Part shown: positions 50,839 through 62,800 of the stretch, in pieces
Layout: each line of letters opens with the position of its first letter
Numbering within the stretch: position 1 is the first letter of the stretch
Position numbers and translations under genes: made by a program
Notes under the pieces: model-generated
Database searches by the model: none
Seen by the model: the letters and a program-made list of their open reading frames with translations, nothing else
What the model was told of the DNA's origin: nothing
NCBI RefSeq assembly: GCF_000315625.1
Contig: NW_005434482.1
Location: 1 to 64,000, forward strand
Source of the DNA: Guillardia theta CCMP2712
Lineage: Eukaryota > Protista > Cryptophyta
Length of the DNA stretch: 64,000 nt
Reading direction: 5' to 3'

Positions 50839-53087
50839 ATGCTGCGCTGGAGATGGAAGCTGCTGTGCAGCTTTCTCTCGGACTACCCGAGCTCAGTATG
50901 CTGGAACGGGGTTGTCGGGGAGCTGGACGTCTTTTCCTCGGTCTCGAGGAGATCATCGCTGCAGACTAGTGAGATGGATTCACTCACTGTCGCAGAGCTA
51001 ACAGGGTGAGCCCGAACCTCTCTGGATTCCGCCTCTCCTTCTCCCGCTGCTACGAGCACATGCAGCCCCCTTCCCTTCGCACTTGCTCGTCCCCGCTTGT
51101 TACCGTCACCGTCACCATCACCACCATGATCACGATCACTTCCAACAGCTATCTATGTCACTATCTATATCTTCATCGCTTCCATCGGTTGACTTGCTCC
51201 GGCCCCTTTTCTCATACCTCCACCTCTGCCCCGCCCGCAAGCCCCCTGCCTCCCTTATTTCTCCTTTTGCCTGTTGTGTTGGTTTCAAACTTGCTGATCG
51301 CCTGTCAGGCTGGGGATCACGCTGGGGATTGTGCACGTGCTCAGTGGACCGGATCATATCAGTGCCATGGTCACGTTGTCGGCAGGAGGAAGCTTTCGCG
51401 CGTACGTTCCTTTATTTGTGCTCCTGGTTTCCACATGATTGTTCACTTACTGCCTGCTGGTCGCCGACTTGACTTGTTGGCATCTGCTCCCCATTCTCTC
51501 GCTCCGCTTGTTTCCTTTGATGTTTTCTTGTTTTGGTCTTCCTCTTCCTATCCTCCTCTTGCTCCTCTTCTTCCTCTTGCTCCTCTTGCTCCTCCCCTTC
51601 TTCCTCTTCCGCCTCCTTCCCTGCATGCCTCGTACTTGTAGCATGCTCATGCATATCGCAGGTTCTGGAAAGGCGTGCAGTGGGGGTTAGGTCATTCGGG
51701 GGGGCTGCTTCTCATGTTCGGAGTTTTTCGTATCTTTGACGAGAAGATCGACTTTGACCAAGTGGGCCAGTACGCGGACATTGTGAAAGCTGCTGGCATG
51801 TTAAGGACACCTTTGATGGTGTTGATGCAGATTGTTGGGCTGTTGATGATTCTGCTGGGGACTTACGGTAGCTGGAGAGCGTGGAAGCTTCATCGGAGTG
51901 AAACAGATCACTTAGGGCACCAAGAACTGTCTGTCACTCATGTTTGATGACAAGACTTTACGCTCACTTGCACCTGTTGACAGGAAAGAGTTGTATGATG
52001 TGGTGGTGGACAGCAGCAGCTCAAATCTTCAAGAAAATCCTGAACAGGACTGCAAGGTTGCACATTAGCTGTTGTCTTGTTTGACTCATAGCCATGTTGC
52101 TCACAGAGCGACACGTTTCTGAGCGATGCCACAAAGAGCAACTCTCTGCTCTCAGTCTCTGCAACGGAGATTACAATAGACGTATGAAATCTCAGCTTGT
52201 GATTTCAACTTACAGCAATCATCTTCAGAACAACGATTATCCCCCCGAGCAACTTTCCAGCCACAAAAAAGCCGAAAAGCACTCCATCCTCCGGACGCTC
52301 AGAGCCGTCGGATCAAAGTCTTTCCCTGCATGCTGATGCGGCTCGTTGATTATCAGGAGCAGGTCCGTCTCCCTGGTTGTCGGCCTCGTGCATGGGCTGG
52401 CAGGTGCCCTGTTCAGTCTCCCTCCTCCTCGTAGACACTCAGAGCAACTCTGCAGGTCCCGGCGGGATCCTCGGGGTTCTCCCTGCTGTTGCGTTGAGAG
52501 ACAGGTCAGAGAGGAGGGGGTCGAAGTGAAGACGAGGACGCTGACGAGTTTTCTTAGCTTGAAGTCTGGGTTTTATCTGGGATCGTTCTGCATCGCAAGC
52601 ATCTTGAGTAAGACTGGGATCTTGATCACTTGTTTCTTTTCCATTCTTTTCGGCGTTATGCTCACTTCATCTTAACAACCTCGTCACTTCAAGATTATCA
52701 TCATCATCATCGATATCATCATTATCCTCACCATCATCGTCATCATCATTTCAATCTTGATCTTCAACATCTTTATATTTCTCTTGTTTCTCCATCCTTT
52801 CTCGCTCGTCTTTCTCACTTCTCCATCGCAGTCATGGGAATCTTCTGCGCTTTCTGGGGTGAGATCACTGCGAGAGTGAGCTCGTCGAACAGGTTATGGA
52901 TCACCCTCAGACAAGCATCAGCTGACCCTCAGCTGGCAGGGTGCAGGTCTGGATAATTTTCCTCTCCTCTCTCAGCTCATTTGTGGTTGGCGTGCTGTGG
53001 CTGGTCGGTCGAGCCCGATGGCGATACTCGTCTAATCTTGGATGGCAGGTGTTAGTTGCAACAGGCAAGATGAATCTGATAGCATGA
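50839..53087 (+). CDS. UreH/NiCoT-related multi-pass membrane protein (plant CGF1/2-like), candidate Ni/Co/Fe permease
   Basis: Spliced motifs GITLGIVHVLSGPDHISAM (51310-51370), GVQWGLGHSGG, IVGLLMILLG, GLVHGLAG|PGGILGVLPA, YLGSFCIASIL|MGIF. Start uncertain. Confidence 0.85.
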
Positions 53088-53822
53088 GGAAAGGAACTGT
53101 GTCTTCCATGTTGTTTCCTGTTTTTGTGTGTTTCCCCGTGTTCCTGAGTTCGATGTTTTCGTTTGAGATCAAACTTATTTATTCAGTTTGTTAAACATGT
53201 GAAATTCGTGATTGTACAAAAACATTCTAATCATCTCATCTTTCCTTCGATTCTGCTGACATCGGGCCTAGGAAGGCTGAGATTGTTCATCCCATGGTTA
53301 GATATGCATGTAGCTCGCTGGAGTTTCAGCCCACAGTCAGTGTCGTACGTTACTAAGATAACACCAGTCGGTGTGCTGTTATTTTTATGAAGGAAGAGAA
53401 CTGAGATGAGAGCAGGAGCAGGAGCAAGAGCAAGAGCAAGAGCAAGAGCAAGAGAAGTTGTACGAGAAGAAGAGGGTGGAGGATGAGGTGTAAGAAGAAG
53501 AGGGTGGAGGAGGAGGTGTAAGAAGACAAGAACGGAGGAGGGTGGTGTAAGAAGGCAACAAGACTGGGGAGTATTGTCCCTAGAAGCAAGTACATTTCAT
53601 GTATGGTACAAATTAAAAATATTATATGTCTATACATACTTATAAACAAGATATTGTACCGAGAACTTAACTTTTTCAGCTTTTATTTTGTACCTGGGAG
53701 CTAGCAGTACAAAGGGGCCATCGAGGGAGAGTGGGGGAAAACAGCGAAGAAGAGAGTGAGAGAGAGAGGAGAGAGGAGAGGAGGGGAGAGAGGAGAGAGA
53801 GAGGAGAGACGAGTGGGAGAAG

Positions 53823-56543
53823 ATGATGAGTCAGAAGTGGGCTGAAGGAAGCAGGCAAGAGAATGTTGGAAGGGAGGAGGGGAGGTCCCCGGTTCCCAAG
53901 GAGTTTCATCTTCACAAGATTGAAGTCATCAAGGACAGGAAGGACGTTGACAAGGTCAGGTCCGACGGAATGCGGAGGAAGAGAGATACGGAGATGCAGG
54001 AGCTACTGGACGACATTGCAAGGTACCAGGAGCTTGCTGAAGCCTTGCAGAGGCAGCTGGTGGAGGCGGGGAAGAGGCTGGTGGAAAGCGAGCAAGAGCT
54101 GAACGCGGCGAACATGTGCTGTGAGCGGCTGGAGGAAGAGATCGAAAGACTGCGGAATGACAAGACGCACCAGCGACTAGAGGATGGGCAGGAGGACGGG
54201 CAGGATGAGCGGGCAGTCCAGGGGCTGCAGCGGAGGTTGCTGGTAATGCAGCAGGAGCTTTCCGAGCTGAGGAGGAGGAACGTGGAGTTGGAGCTGAAGA
54301 TGGGCCATGAGCAGGAGCTGCGAGAGGCGTTGGAGCATGCAGAGAGCTCGAACAACGAGTACAAGGAGCAGCTGGTGAACTTTGGAAGGATCAACAGGTC
54401 CATGACGGAGAAGTACGAGAAGGAGCTGAGGAGGATGAAGAGCGAGCAGGAGGTTATGGAGGAGGAGATGAAGACGTTGAAGAAATTTCGTGAGAGGTGG
54501 GAGGAGGAGGAGAGAAAGAAAATGAATTTGGTCAGAATTGAAAAGACCAGGGAGGAAGGAATTTGTTTCTTACCGTACACTTGTCAAGAATTCTGGAAGG
54601 GAGACAGGGAGAAGGAGGAGAAGGTGGAGGAGGTGGGGAAGGAGGAGGACGGGAAAGCAGAAGCTATCACAAAGGAAAAGGAAGATCCATCTCCTACTCT
54701 AAAAAGCGCGGTTTCAAAGGACGACAAGACAGAAGAGGTCGTGAAAGAGGAGCAAAGCGAAACGTCAAGACAGATTGATACGATCAAGTCTAAGTGCGAG
54801 CTCTACAGGGACAAAGGGTGTTTGGACTTGTTGACATGCTTGAAGACTATGAATGAGATTCTTGACAGCAACCTTGCAGGCTTTTTTGTTCCGCCAGCTG
54901 ATGAGAAGGAAATTGGAACAAAAGGTGATGGCGATTCATTTTTTTTGTTGCGACAGTTGACAAGAAAGTTTCTCTCCTTTATCTCCTTCTGCTGTGTCGA
55001 GAACGAGAAATGCGTCATTGAACTGATATCTCTCTACGCTGTGATCGACCAAGTCAAGGAGAACTTTGAGAGCATCGCATTTCTTACTCCTGATATCTTC
55101 ATCAACATCAACAACCTTGTTGGAGAGTTTGAAAACCAATCATGCTGTCTGCGAGATCGATCAGTGAAGAGATTGCTGGAGCTAAAGGAGAAGGTTGCAG
55201 TTGTTTTGTCGAATCAGAACTCAGAGCTCAAGGACTTCACCGGCAAGATGTTGGATGTGGCAAGCGCGCAAACAAAAGTGATGGATATTCTCGAGACGGC
55301 GAAAGCTTCTTGCGACAAGTTGGACGAAGAGGAAGGAAAAGAAGATGTCGAGGCGATAGTTGTCAACGCTCTCAGGTACATCGAACAGAAAGTTCAAATT
55401 CTTGCCAAGATGATCGGCAAACTTGCCGCTTCCTCGTCTCTAAACAACTCCGCGGATGACTTGAAGCAAGAGATGTGCGGATGTTTGGAGATCTGCGACC
55501 TTTTGCTTCAAGCTCTTTCCGGTGATATCAATACCTCCGGCTCAGCGGGCAGCATGCAGTGCGGGTCCGGGGTCACTGGAGAAATGCGGTCGGGTGCTGG
55601 AAAGGAGGAGAGAAGAGGGGAGGATGGAGGGGAGCAGCAGCAGACGGGAGGGGGAAGGAGACAAGGGAAGGAGCAGCAGACGAGAATCGGGGGCAGGAAA
55701 AGCGGAGGGGATGAGGACAGTGGAAACGATGATAAGGAGGAGAAGCAGAAAAAGCAGGAGGATGATAAGGAGCAAGAGGAGCAGGAGGAGGAGGAAAATT
55801 GGCAAGAAGAAGACAGCGGAGACGACAGTGAGGCTGATGAAGAGATTCATAGGATTGTATTCAGCCAAAGGAAATGTGAGAAAGATCGACACAAACTGTT
55901 GAGCAGCGAGCAAGAGGTCAAGGAGGAGGAGACGGGAGCACGCCGAGAGAGCATGGGAAGGACAAGGAGAAACAAGAGCGTGGTGGAGGTGCTGCTGGAG
56001 GGATCGGACTCCATGGACTTCGACGCAATGCTGGACATCAATGAAAGTCTGCAGGAATTCATACAGACAAGGAAGAAAACTGCGCGTGGAGGGAGGGCAG
56101 GAGACATATCGCTCCTGCTTTCTCCTCCCGCTCCCTCTGATCCCACCGGAGACGATGAGGAGCAGGGAGAGGCTGAATGGCCTGTCCAAGGGAGGGCGGA
56201 GGATGCGACCGAGCAAGACACAAGTTCTCCTCCTCCTCCTCCTGCGTGGGCTACCAGGATCTCAAGGCGCTGGCGGCGAGCTTTCTTCGTGCACATGCCC
56301 AGCAGGAGGACTCAGTGGAAGTACCCTGAGGAGAGGGAGCTGAGAAGAGGCCAGCTGGTAGAGGAGCTGAGAACTGTCGAGGTCCAGCTAGAGGTGAAGA
56401 GTCTGACAGGGCTGTGGGTGAGCTGGGAGAACGTCAGAAGGGTGCTGGAGGGGGAGGGGTGGAGGCACCGGGCGGCAGTGAGGACGACGCTGCTGGCTGT
56501 GGCAAAGATGAAGCGGAAGGAGATGGAGTCCTCTTGGGTGTGA
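53823..56543 (+). CDS. 906-aa coiled-coil protein with a C-terminal WW domain
   Basis: Uninterrupted ORF with N-terminal heptads. PPAWATRISRRWRRAFFVHMPSRRTQWKYP near 56235-56330 fits the WW consensus. Confidence 0.85.
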   Translation: MMSQKWAEGSRQENVGREEGRSPVPKEFHLHKIEVIKDRKDVDKVRSDGMRRKRDTEMQELLDDIARYQELAEALQRQLVEAGKRLVESEQELNAANMCCERLEEEIERLRNDKTHQRLEDGQEDGQDERAVQGLQRRLLVMQQELSELRRRNVELELKMGHEQELREALEHAESSNNEYKEQLVNFGRINRSMTEKYEKELRRMKSEQEVMEEEMKTLKKFRERWEEEERKKMNLVRIEKTREEGICFLPYTCQEFWKGDREKEEKVEEVGKEEDGKAEAITKEKEDPSPTLKSAVSKDDKTEEVVKEEQSETSRQIDTIKSKCELYRDKGCLDLLTCLKTMNEILDSNLAGFFVPPADEKEIGTKGDGDSFFLLRQLTRKFLSFISFCCVENEKCVIELISLYAVIDQVKENFESIAFLTPDIFININNLVGEFENQSCCLRDRSVKRLLELKEKVAVVLSNQNSELKDFTGKMLDVASAQTKVMDILETAKASCDKLDEEEGKEDVEAIVVNALRYIEQKVQILAKMIGKLAASSSLNNSADDLKQEMCGCLEICDLLLQALSGDINTSGSAGSMQCGSGVTGEMRSGAGKEERRGEDGGEQQQTGGGRRQGKEQQTRIGGRKSGGDEDSGNDDKEEKQKKQEDDKEQEEQEEEENWQEEDSGDDSEADEEIHRIVFSQRKCEKDRHKLLSSEQEVKEEETGARRESMGRTRRNKSVVEVLLEGSDSMDFDAMLDINESLQEFIQTRKKTARGGRAGDISLLLSPPAPSDPTGDDEEQGEAEWPVQGRAEDATEQDTSSPPPPPAWATRISRRWRRAFFVHMPSRRTQWKYPEERELRRGQLVEELRTVEVQLEVKSLTGLWVSWENVRRVLEGEGWRHRAAVRTTLLAVAKMKRKEMESSWV

Positions 56544-56688
56544 AGCTTTCGCCTATCATAGGACGTTGAAGGAGGAGGAGGAGGAGAAGGTAGAGGAGGA
56601 GGCGTTAACAGATGTTTCCCTAGGAGCATGTCATGCGTTTGGACATGGGCGGGCTTGTGCTTTATAACTCTTCTAGTTTACATCTGCA

Positions 56689-58907
56689 TTACACACAAAA
56701 GATTTTCTCTTCATGCTGCCCTGCTGTGCCGGGCCCACACAAACGTCGCACTGGTAGAGATCCTGTAGCGCAAGTCAGATGAGGAGAAGGAAGGAGAAGA
56801 GATGAGGAGAGAAGAGAATAGAGGCGCATGACAAGTGTGTGTGCTGTAAGGGGAGCCCAAGCAAGGCAAAAAAGTGGTGACAATGGAAGAGGAGGAGGAG
56901 AGGAAAAGGCATCAGCAACTTTACCTTATCAGAACCACTCTTCGTCAAGGTGTTGGAGCTCGAAAGATCTGAATCTGATTCGTCGTCTTCAATCTCCTTT
57001 GCCTCCTCTCCCTCCTGTTCTTCTCCTCCTACAAGTGCCGCTGCTTCTTTCAGCACACTTTCTGCTCTTGACGACTGATTTAAACTTTCCACACAATTGA
57101 GAAGCTCGACAAAGCTCTGATCAGAGAATTCATTTCAGCGACGTTCAAGGGAAAGGCAGGAGGAGAGGTAGGAGACATGAAGGCATACAGGCAGATGAGT
57201 TGAGAAAGAAGGAAGTGACAGAGATGAAATTTAAGAAGAAGGAAGTGAGAGAGATGAAAGGAAAAAGGGAAAGAAGGAAGAAGTTAGGACATGCAAGGCG
57301 ATGCAAGGAGTGAGGCAAAAGAAAGAGAGGGAGCGGAGGAAAGAATCAAGAGACAGATTCACAACAGGGAGAGGACAGCAGGCAAAGGGCGGGAGGAGAC
57401 AAACGGAAGAGGAGCAAAAGGGGTAAGAAGCACAGGGGGAAGGAGGCAGGGGAGGGGGGGAGGAAGAAGAGGAAGTAGGAGGCAGGGGAGGGGGAGCAGG
57501 GGAGGCAGGGAGATCGCTTCCCCTTACCTGGAACCATCTCCTCTGGTAGGCTTCACTGACAGGGAAGGGAAAGATCCCCATGTGATCTTGCGGATGCTCC
57601 TCCCAGTACCAGACCCCTGGCGCTGGCATCAGCTTGCAGGTTACACCAAATCTAGAGAACCAAGTCGTAGAAAACCATAACAAACACTGAGTCAACGAGT
57701 GCAACAGCAAACACGTCGCAATTCGTTTTCTCTTTTGTGATTCTACTGTCATACATCACGTCATCCTTCTACAAACAAACCATCGTATCACTCCATTGCG
57801 AACAACTTCATAACATCGTTCATTTTGCGACAGACTTCGCAGGAAGTCATTCTTCTGCAAACTTGACAATCTCCTCATGAGCTTCTCTCACCTGGCTTCA
57901 CGCTACGCAAATCTTCTCGATTCAGCTTGCAGGAAGGAACATGGCCTGAGATTCCAACGACAGGAAATCTCTGCGAGTAGACAGGGCACAGGCCGTCTCC
58001 TCCTCTCTTCCACTCCTCTACGTCAACCCCCTCCAGACCCCTCAGTCCTTCATACTTCCTCCACCTTGTCCTCCAAGACAGCAGCAGCAGAAAACTGCGA
58101 CGGAACACGAACAACATCAAGGTTAAGATCCACGTGAGCATGTTCATGACGCTCAAACTTCCCTCCATCCTCGGCACTTGGTTTGCTTGCTCCGAAGTTC
58201 CAACGAAGGAGAAGTAGTAGCAGCACCCGTGCCCTCCTCCCATGCTCTCGTTGTGTTTCTTCATGGCATGGATCGTCGTGTCGTAGGCCGCGTTGTCTTC
58301 CTCCTCCACAAGGTCGCTGTGGACTAACAGACATCGCACCAGCTTCTTGATCGCTGCTCCTGCCCCGACGTCCTTCATCGACAGCTTCCACTGCTCCAGC
58401 CCCAGCTCATACCCCAGCATCCTACCCCCGCACATGGCGAGCACGTGGACTAAGCTTCCTAGTATGCTTCCCGGGCTCAGCCGTCTGACCCGAGGGGGCG
58501 CATCTTCCTCCTCGCCCAGCGCGTAGGTTGTGAGGGTCCCGTTGAGAGGAGCAGAGAGGGAGGAGAGCGAGAGGATCCAGCTCGCGTCTGTCGCATGCCC
58601 TGGGAAGGCGCGAGCCTCTAGCAGGTGCTGCAGGTACCGCGCTGTCGCCCCTCCCAGACTGTGACCCAGCATGTGTATCGGACGCTCGCTGCTCCACTCG
58701 CTGAACAGCCCGGGGTACAGCCTGCCATATCTCGCATGCCCGAACCTCTGGCTGTGCTCCTCGCCGTAGTCTACCTTCCCCCCCTTGATCTGATAGAAGA
58801 CCTCGCACGCTCGGTCATGCAGGCTCGCAAACCCGCAGGGCCAAACGCAGAGAACGGGGTTGAAGCAGGAATTCAGCTCTGCAACCCTTCCCCAATATTT
58901 GTACCAG

Positions 58908-58942
<35 letters not shown>

Positions 58943-59134
58943 GTCTATATTCTCCCACCCTCCTTCTGAGGGAGATGACGGGGCGAGGAAGCCTGGAACA
59001 AGAACAAGAGGATGGTTTGAGACAGATTCTTCACTGTTTGCATGCGAGGAACACTGCTCACGGCTAATATCTGAGAAGGCCTCTGCTTCGACTGCATCGA
59101 GGGCATTTGCTTCCTTCAGCCATGACGTGCGCAT
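56689..59134 (-). CDS. Triacylglycerol lipase resembling bacterial family I.5/I.6 (alpha/beta hydrolase)
   Basis: PLVLVPGF; YWG; SLHDRACEVFYQIKGGKVDYGEEHSQRFGHARYGRLYPG; GHSLG nucleophile elbow; DGLC (catalytic Asp). Second exon 57618-57528 carries GVWYWEEHPQDHMG (catalytic His). 3' end uncertain. Confidence 0.92.
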
Positions 59135-59434
59135 TTTTCTTTCACACTTTGTCCTACGGCACGAACTGCTTTGCTCGGCTTTGTTATGTCACGCAGCACA
59201 AGATCTTTTCATGCACCGATCTGTATCTTAGATGACAGCGTTGAGCTTGTACCTCCTCCTCCCCTGCACACACACACGCCCGACGCGGCTTCTCCTCCTG
59301 ATCACATCGCCTGCTTCACGTTCTCGACATTCCATTTCGCTTGTATGTCGGGCCCGAATAGTGCGTGCATAATAGGGTAGCTGAAGATGGGGGGTGGGTA
59401 CTCAAAGTTAAGTTAAAAATCCGATCATCATCAG

Positions 59435-59830
59435 TCCCCGGGCCGGCCCGGCGGGCAGGCCGGGCCCGGGCCGGGCGGCGATCGTCATCACGCGGCCGGT
59501 CACCGGTCAGGAGTCACCGTGCCACGGTCACGCCCGGCCGGGCCCAGGCAGTGTCACCGACTCGGAGTCGTCGGCTCGGATCCGATCAGCCCGGACTCTC
59601 CGAGGCCCGGACTCTCCGAGGCTCCCGGCCCGGAGTCCGCCGTAGCCTGACTCAGTAAAACTTTCCGAGCGTGGCCCTCAGGGCCTTAAAGATCGGACGG
59701 TACCGTCCAAGCCTATCAGCCGGGCCCGGCCCTCCGAGCTCGGAGGCTCGGAGACTGAGTCGAGGAGCGGCTTGACCCTGACACACCGTTCGTGTCACAC
59801 TGGCAGGCCAAACGGCGAGGCCCCCGAAGA
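59435..59830. promoter_or_regulatory. CCGG-rich GC island between divergent genes
   Basis: Dense ccgg, tandem ccggactctccgaggc x2, TGACTCA at 59648, and an ACCCC zone at 60160-60360. Confidence 0.55.
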
Positions 59831-60506
59831 GAAAAGCCTGGACAGCCGGCGCTGACGGAGAACCAAACCTAATAATCCTGCCAACTGCTGTCCCCCAAAC
59901 TTAACTGATGCCATCATCGGCGGCATCATGAGGCGAGTCCGCCGATTGCCCCGGTGCCGCAGTCGGGAGTCACGGGGTGACAGACACCTGGCGATCAGAT
60001 AGTAGCAAGAAAAAAGCCTTCATTTTCATGATCGAAAAAGAGTCTTTTGGTGTCTAGCGACAAACGTAAGGCATCAGGTAAGTTGACCTCTGTCGGCAAT
60101 TTTTGTTATTATTATAATTTACCACGACCTTTCGTTTGCAACAGTCATGGTAGGGTAACAAAAAGCTACCCTGTACCCCCGTAAAGAAGCTTGAAAGTAC
60201 CCCTCATGTAATAGGGTGAAGTGCATACAAGGGTAACGTGATTTTCTTCGGCGGCGAGCCGTGACGTATGAATGCTTACGTTCGGTCTGTCCACCCCCCC
60301 ACCCCCCATTAAATCTATGTACCCTCAGGTCGTGTTTAGTTGAACCACTCCACCCCATCCTCTGAACAAGCTTTAATGATACTTGCACCGGTAGACATTG
60401 CACCCGACCTACTCGATTACTTCAATAAAGTTCCTGATACCGGTGGTGGGTAGAAATTGGCTTTCTATTAAAAACCCAGTGGTCGCGAAGCAGAGTTGTT
60501 GGTGCC

Positions 60507-61292
60507 ATGCTGTCACTTATCCAATCCCTCTCGTCCCTTCCAGCACATCTTCTCTTCCTTATGATTCTATCTGCTTCTTGTCTCGTGCTTCTCTCCGTCA
60601 TGCTCCTCCTCTTGCTCTCTCGATGTTCTGAAATCCGAGTTCTTGAAACCAAGGAAAAGGAGCTCGAGAAGCATTTCAATTTTGTGGATAACCTGTGCTC
60701 ACAAGTGAATGAGCAAGATCTCCAAGCGATGAAACTATTAGTGGATGATCTCTGCAAACAGACAACGACTGATGCCATCCAATGCGCCATCGCACGATTG
60801 GAGAGCTGCTGCTCGTCCGAAGGGTCGCACAATCTACGTAGGTGTTACTCGACGCCTTGGCCAAAGGAGCAATTCCTGTCGTCAAACTGCAGAGTGCAGA
60901 CAAATGCATGCTCTGCATTGCAGCAAACAGACATGCACACTCGATCTATCAATGGTGAACTCAGATGCAATTCTTCGCCGACGTTCTGCGAGAGCCCGAG
61001 ATCGTACGAAGGTCCAGGATGCTCACCGATCAGCCTCTTAGACCCCACGAACACGAGAGATTACCGTCATTCTGATGTTGGCTGTGGATATTATGCCTAT
61101 GAGATGGAGAGCAAGAGTGGCTGCGGACGGGTGAGCATCAAGAGGAGCAATTCATTCTCAGATGGGACGCAACGAATGAGGGGCCCTTCGGGTCGCAGAG
61201 GATCAAAGTTTTCTAGCGGATCCAAGTTCTACGCTCGAATCATTGCTAACAGGGCGGCGTTTGATCACAAATGCAACTCTTTTTATTTGTGA
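60507..61292 (+). CDS. Intronless protein with an N-terminal membrane anchor, unknown family (paralog 1)
   Basis: 261-aa ORF: hydrophobic helix, short coiled coil, S-rich tail, C-terminal SSGSKFYARIIA. Confidence 0.75.
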   Translation: MLSLIQSLSSLPAHLLFLMILSASCLVLLSVMLLLLLSRCSEIRVLETKEKELEKHFNFVDNLCSQVNEQDLQAMKLLVDDLCKQTTTDAIQCAIARLESCCSSEGSHNLRRCYSTPWPKEQFLSSNCRVQTNACSALQQTDMHTRSINGELRCNSSPTFCESPRSYEGPGCSPISLLDPTNTRDYRHSDVGCGYYAYEMESKSGCGRVSIKRSNSFSDGTQRMRGPSGRRGSKFSSGSKFYARIIANRAAFDHKCNSFYL

Positions 61293-61983
61293 ATTACTGT
61301 ACATCTTGCATGTGAATATTTTGTCTGGCTGCCGTTCTGTAATGAAACTTGAAAAAAGCAAGCATAGACATCAGCCACATGAGTAGGCTCATTTGACTGA
61401 GCGATTCCTGCTGCAGACATGATCGAACTTGAATGCAGGAATACTGTCACTCGCGTCAGTAACACCATTGACCGTACATTCCTGATCGGAACTGTGACTG
61501 AGCCAAGTCAGGCCCAACCCTCACTCAGTCACTGCCGGCCCTCAACTTCTCTCATGAGTACTACGGTAGTACCCTACCCTCCAATGCTCTGAGAATCTAT
61601 TGACTTAATAACGGGTTTGTAAAAGTCAACTTCGAGGGAACCAGACAACTTTGCTCACCCACCCCCGATATCTCAGCGTATGACCCACCCATTTGTAGTC
61701 TCTGAGCACCCCACTTCGCCTCACCACCCTACACTTTCTCCAGTCTAACCCCCCAAAGTTTCTGAAAACGTGGCCCTGCAAGTGCACCCGGCGTCTGCAC
61801 GCACCTCTCCCCTCTCCTCACGCAGATTTACCCTCTCCTCACTCGCTCTCTCTCAACCACCCTTTTGCTCTGTCTGTCTATCTCTCTGTCTCACTGTCTC
61901 TGTCTCTTCTGTCTCTCTGTCTCTCTGTCCCTTCTGTCTCCCCCCCCCCCCCCTAGGGGGGGGGTGAAGAATTTGAACAAGCT

Positions 61984-62531
61984 CTAGCAAGGCTCCGTCG
62001 TGGAGACTGTGCGGGTTCCCTTGACGATCTTGCTTGAGCTGCTTCTACTTCTTGATCTTGAGGTGACATTCTTGCCGCTTTCCCATGCGATCTCAGTTCC
62101 GTCAACCTTCTCACGGAGAGGAGTCGGCTGACGAGTCGGCAAAGAATTAGGTCTTTGTAAGGACTTCGGTGGTGAAAACTCGTCTTGTGGAAGGAGAACT
62201 TGAGGTAAAAACCGATTTCTACTCCTCACGGAGAGTCTGCGCATGATATCAGAAAGAACTTGAAAACACTTCGACCTGTCGGGAAGTTGCTTCCGATGAT
62301 TGCACAGTCTTCATAGCCTCCATCAGAAACAGGAATTCAGTGCAATCGACTTCTTNNNNNNNNNNNNNNNNNNNNNNNNNNNNNNNNNNNNNNNNNNNNN
62401 NNNNNNNNNNNNNNNNNNNNNNNNNNNNNNNNNNNNNNNNNNNNNNNNNNNNNNNAGCCATGCGGCGTAGTTTTGAACATGGAGGGGATCAGCTACATCC
62501 GCTCTCTCTCTCTCTCTCTCTCCTTTTGCTT

Positions 62532-62562
<31 letters not shown>

Positions 62563-62660
62563 TCTTCTCTCTACGATCCTCTCTCCTTTGCAACAGCCCT
62601 CGCTTCTTTCTGTGCACACGCTGTTAAGTCAAGTTATCCGGGGATCGTCCATGCATACCA
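61984..62660 (-). CDS. Hypothetical multi-exon protein with a possible EF-hand fragment; N-gap
   Basis: EVDCTEFLFLMEAM right after the gap resembles the end of an EF-hand loop and its exit helix; ORF 61984..62244. Confidence 0.4.
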
Positions 62661-62800
62661 GCAAGATAATGAACAGTAGATTTGCTTGTTCCTGATCTCG
62701 CGGAGGGTTGGTACAGACATTGCAGACACTGCGGATTTCTTCTTGATTCTGTCATCAGGTTGGAAAGAAAACATTCTCAGCTATCTCGATCCTCCGTGAC

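Noticed and set aside
53460-53555. Short direct-repeat series (also 10512-10600, 29850-29905, 1753-1836) as CRISPR-like arrays
   Set aside because: Head-to-tail degenerate minisatellites without unique spacers, in eukaryotic context and with no cas genes.
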